A stretch of DNA of 62,616 nt, filler included, from Aduncisulcus paluster (Eukaryota), in assembly GCA_024181965.1 (NCBI GenBank). It is 7 parts of 7 records of this genome, joined end to end, with 100 filler letters (N's around TTAATTAATTAA, not from the genome) between each part and the next. Parts side by side here need not be neighbours in the genome. Positions count along the whole stretch, not along the records: positions 56,806 to 62,616 come from BQXS01010907.1; 6 more parts are not named here. The stretch is one strand, 5' to 3'. A model generated the notes under the pieces. That model made no database searches. It saw nothing but the letters and a program-made list of their open reading frames with translations, and was not told the DNA's origin. The first letter of the stretch is position 1; every line of letters starts with the position of its first letter. Shown here in pieces: positions 60,301 through 62,616 of the stretch. Made by a program: the position numbers and the translations under genes.

Positions 60301-61714
60301 TTACTCACATCATATTCAGAATCATCTTGTAATTTGCTTTTTGCTTTAATTGCAGAAAAATCTGGACTGATAAATGTTGGATCATCTCGAGGGATTGGAA
60401 TACATGAAAAGTGACCAGAGTATTTGAGTTCAACCTTTCCCAATACAATACGTTGTTGAAGGAAAACTAATGAATCAATAATAAAACAGCGACTATTCTT
60501 CTCTCCCCATGTTCCTTTCCCTTCAATCTCACACAATTCAATATTATTCAAATCAATAGGAAGGAAGTGTCATTCAAATATATGTTTCAATCCTGGTTCT
60601 GTCTTGGGTTTTGGGAATTCATATTTCTTGTATATTTTCTTACCATCAGAATCGGTGAAAGTGAAGAGAAGAGAGGGTGAACTGGAATAATTATTAACAC
60701 AGATATAAGCACCTTTCATTGGACTAGGTGAAGGGAAAGGAATGGAAAGCTGGGATAATGTCACAACGCTTTCCCCCTTTAACATTTCTTGTGCTTCTGA
60801 ACACTTATCATAAAACTCGGATTCCTTACAATACGAATTATTCTTGCACTGAACCAATGAGAAAGAAGGATTTATAAGTTTGGGATGATCGCGAGGAATG
60901 GGAATAGAATCTCTACCTTGAAATTTTGTGCCCCCTTCCTTTAAAAACTCTGGTTTCACAACTGGAGCTTCAGACCATAGTTTCTCTCTGGCTTCACGAG
61001 ATGTGATTTCTTCAGAGGTTTCTTCTCTACTAATGAAAACAAGGGAGCGGATTCCAAAATACTCTTCTTCTCTTCCTTTCCCTGTAATCTCACAAAGGAC
61101 AACATCAGAGAGATCAATAGGGAGATAATACCAATGATAACCTTCGAATTCAGGAAATTCATATTTTTCAACCATTTTCTCCCCATTTGAAGATGTAAAA
61201 GAGAAGATAAGGTGTGATGTAAGTTGCCAGCTAAAAAGAGAATATCCTTTTATGCAGATATAAGCACCTTTAAAGGGAGTAGATGTGGAGAAAGAAAGGG
61301 AGATATCTGTAAATTCTCCCTGATTATTCTCTCCTTTCATCATCTTTTGTGCATGAAAACTCATATCATGGTCTTCATCACCTTCTTCCTTGGGCCAATA
61401 TGACCAAGTATTCTTGGCTTCAATAGCAGTTATATCAGGACTCTTAACATTTGGGGAATCTCGAGGAATTGGAGAGCAAAGGTAATTTCCTTCATGAATA
61501 AACTTTGGTTTAACTTCTTGAATCTAACAAATTAATTGAGTTTTTGGTGGAAATAAAGCAATAAAAAATACCCGAAAGAGAAAAGGAGTTATGAAAGCAA
61601 TATGGGCATTATTTTTCAAATTAATTATGTCAAACATCATAAAATGTATAAATTCGAAAACTTTCAGAAACATACAATATCTTGGCCACTTTCTGAGCTT
61701 GGTTTCGGATCCAT
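57327..61714 (-). CDS. Four novel domains plus Ser/Thr-type kinase; exon 1 61676-61714, intron 61524-61675, one in-frame TGA at 60570-60572
   Basis: MDPKPSSESGQDI|IQEVKPKFIHEG... is continuous with ORF 60570-61364, then FE*HFLPIDL leads in frame into ORF 57327-60551. Kinase motifs GHGGFGEV, CVLKK, KEF, HRDIKPDN, DLG, GTLVYNSYE. Confidence 0.85.
61524..61675 (-). other. Spliceosomal intron, 152 nt, GTATGT...TAG, phase 0
   Basis: Supplies an ATG exon to an open frame that otherwise begins mid-domain after ttgttag. Confidence 0.85.
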
Positions 61715-62081
61715 TATGTTCTAGATGGTTTATGGCAAGACTATGAACAACAATAAAACAATATGACATTTTAACAAAGAATTTTGACACGATTATCGAA
61801 CATTTAGTGAGTTTCAAGGAGGAAATGACGACAAAAACAGCCAGCGAGAGAACCAGTGAATAAAACAGGGTGATTATGGATTGACAAGAAGTTAATATCT
61901 AATAAACGAAAAATTATGACATACAATATTTTCGATATTTCTTTTACAACGGGAAGAAATGAAGTTTTGTTGTTTGATAAGTTCCTTACCAATAATTTTC
62001 AGCCCCGCTCGAAAAATACTGGTGAACGCTATATATACATAAGGAAATTATTAGGAAGTTTTTATTAAATTCTTTCTAAAA

Positions 62082-62616
62082 ATGGCGCAAGAGACCGTTG
62101 ATGTTTCTTCCCCTCCTGGTACAGCTACTCTGGAATCCCTACACACTAAAATTTGTGTTGCAGGATACAGCGGATCATTAGAAAATTTAGTTGCAATTCT
62201 GGATCTTCCGGTTGAAACTGATTTTCCAATTAATGGCCCATATACCCAAACTCTCTCTGATGGTTCAACCTTAAAGCACCCTATTCCCAAGAAAATGGAA
62301 ATGTTGAAGGCTATAGCCTCTTTTCATGACGAAGGGATTGCCAATGACATCATTGACGTGGATGCACGTTTGATCATCAACAACAACGCACTTCAGAATT
62401 TTAATAGGAAAATATTATTATCTATGCTTAAATCAATACTTAGATACCCCTCTTATCCTCCTAAAGTGTCAGGGAACCTCATTTCAAACCCCGATGGGGG
62501 AATCCCTTCAAGATTGATCCAATACATCATACAAGATGGTTCGATGCCTATGCGCATTACCCTCTCTGGACCTCAAATCACACTGTCTTCGCGGCAGACA
62601 CGTACTGCTGACAAGG
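62082..62616 (+). CDS. Hypothetical protein (3'-partial, runs off the window)
   Basis: Manual translation MAQETVDVSSPPGTATLESLHTKICVAGYSGS... stays open to the window end. It is divergent from the kinase gene. Confidence 0.6.
   Translation, partial: MAQETVDVSSPPGTATLESLHTKICVAGYSGSLENLVAILDLPVETDFPINGPYTQTLSDGSTLKHPIPKKMEMLKAIASFHDEGIANDIIDVDARLIINNNALQNFNRKILLSMLKSILRYPSYPPKVSGNLISNPDGGIPSRLIQYIIQDGSMPMRITLSGPQITLSSRQTRTADK

Noticed and set aside
1-62616. CRISPR arrays, rRNA or tRNA genes
   Set aside because: None recognised by eye. A covariance-model search would be needed to exclude small RNAs.

Overview
AT-rich eukaryotic genomic DNA made of seven unrelated contigs joined by artificial 100-nt N44-TTAATTAATTAA-N44 linkers. 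It looks like a flagellate protist (GTATGT-type introns, cytoplasmic dynein, a lineage-specific kinase expansion); a free-living fornicate/metamonad is my inference only. Contig 1 (1-9468) is a graveyard of decayed transposons: a hAT transposase, two Ty3/Gypsy pol relics (one with a chromodomain) and two related gag-like ORFs. The other contigs carry an alpha-solenoid repeat gene, a multi-TM class-3 lipase, a large LRR/EGF surface protein, an EVH1/PH-like gene, proteasome alpha4, cytoplasmic dynein heavy chain, and a kinase family fused to tandem copies of an unrecognised ~190-aa beta-rich domain. The most striking signals are at DNA level. (1) A recurrent double-hairpin scar, flank-TA-C-TA-revcomp...revcomp-TA-G-TA-flank, occurs at three TA sites; removing it restores retroelement protein motifs, consistent with a hairpin or snap-back excision footprint of a TA-targeting element. 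(2) A 33-bp micro-inversion bounded by CTTTA/TAAAG splits a tandem-kinase gene, and flipping it restores the ORF. (3) The kinase family is modular, with phase-0 introns at domain borders. (4) The LRR/EGF gene alternates near-identical and diverged blocks.
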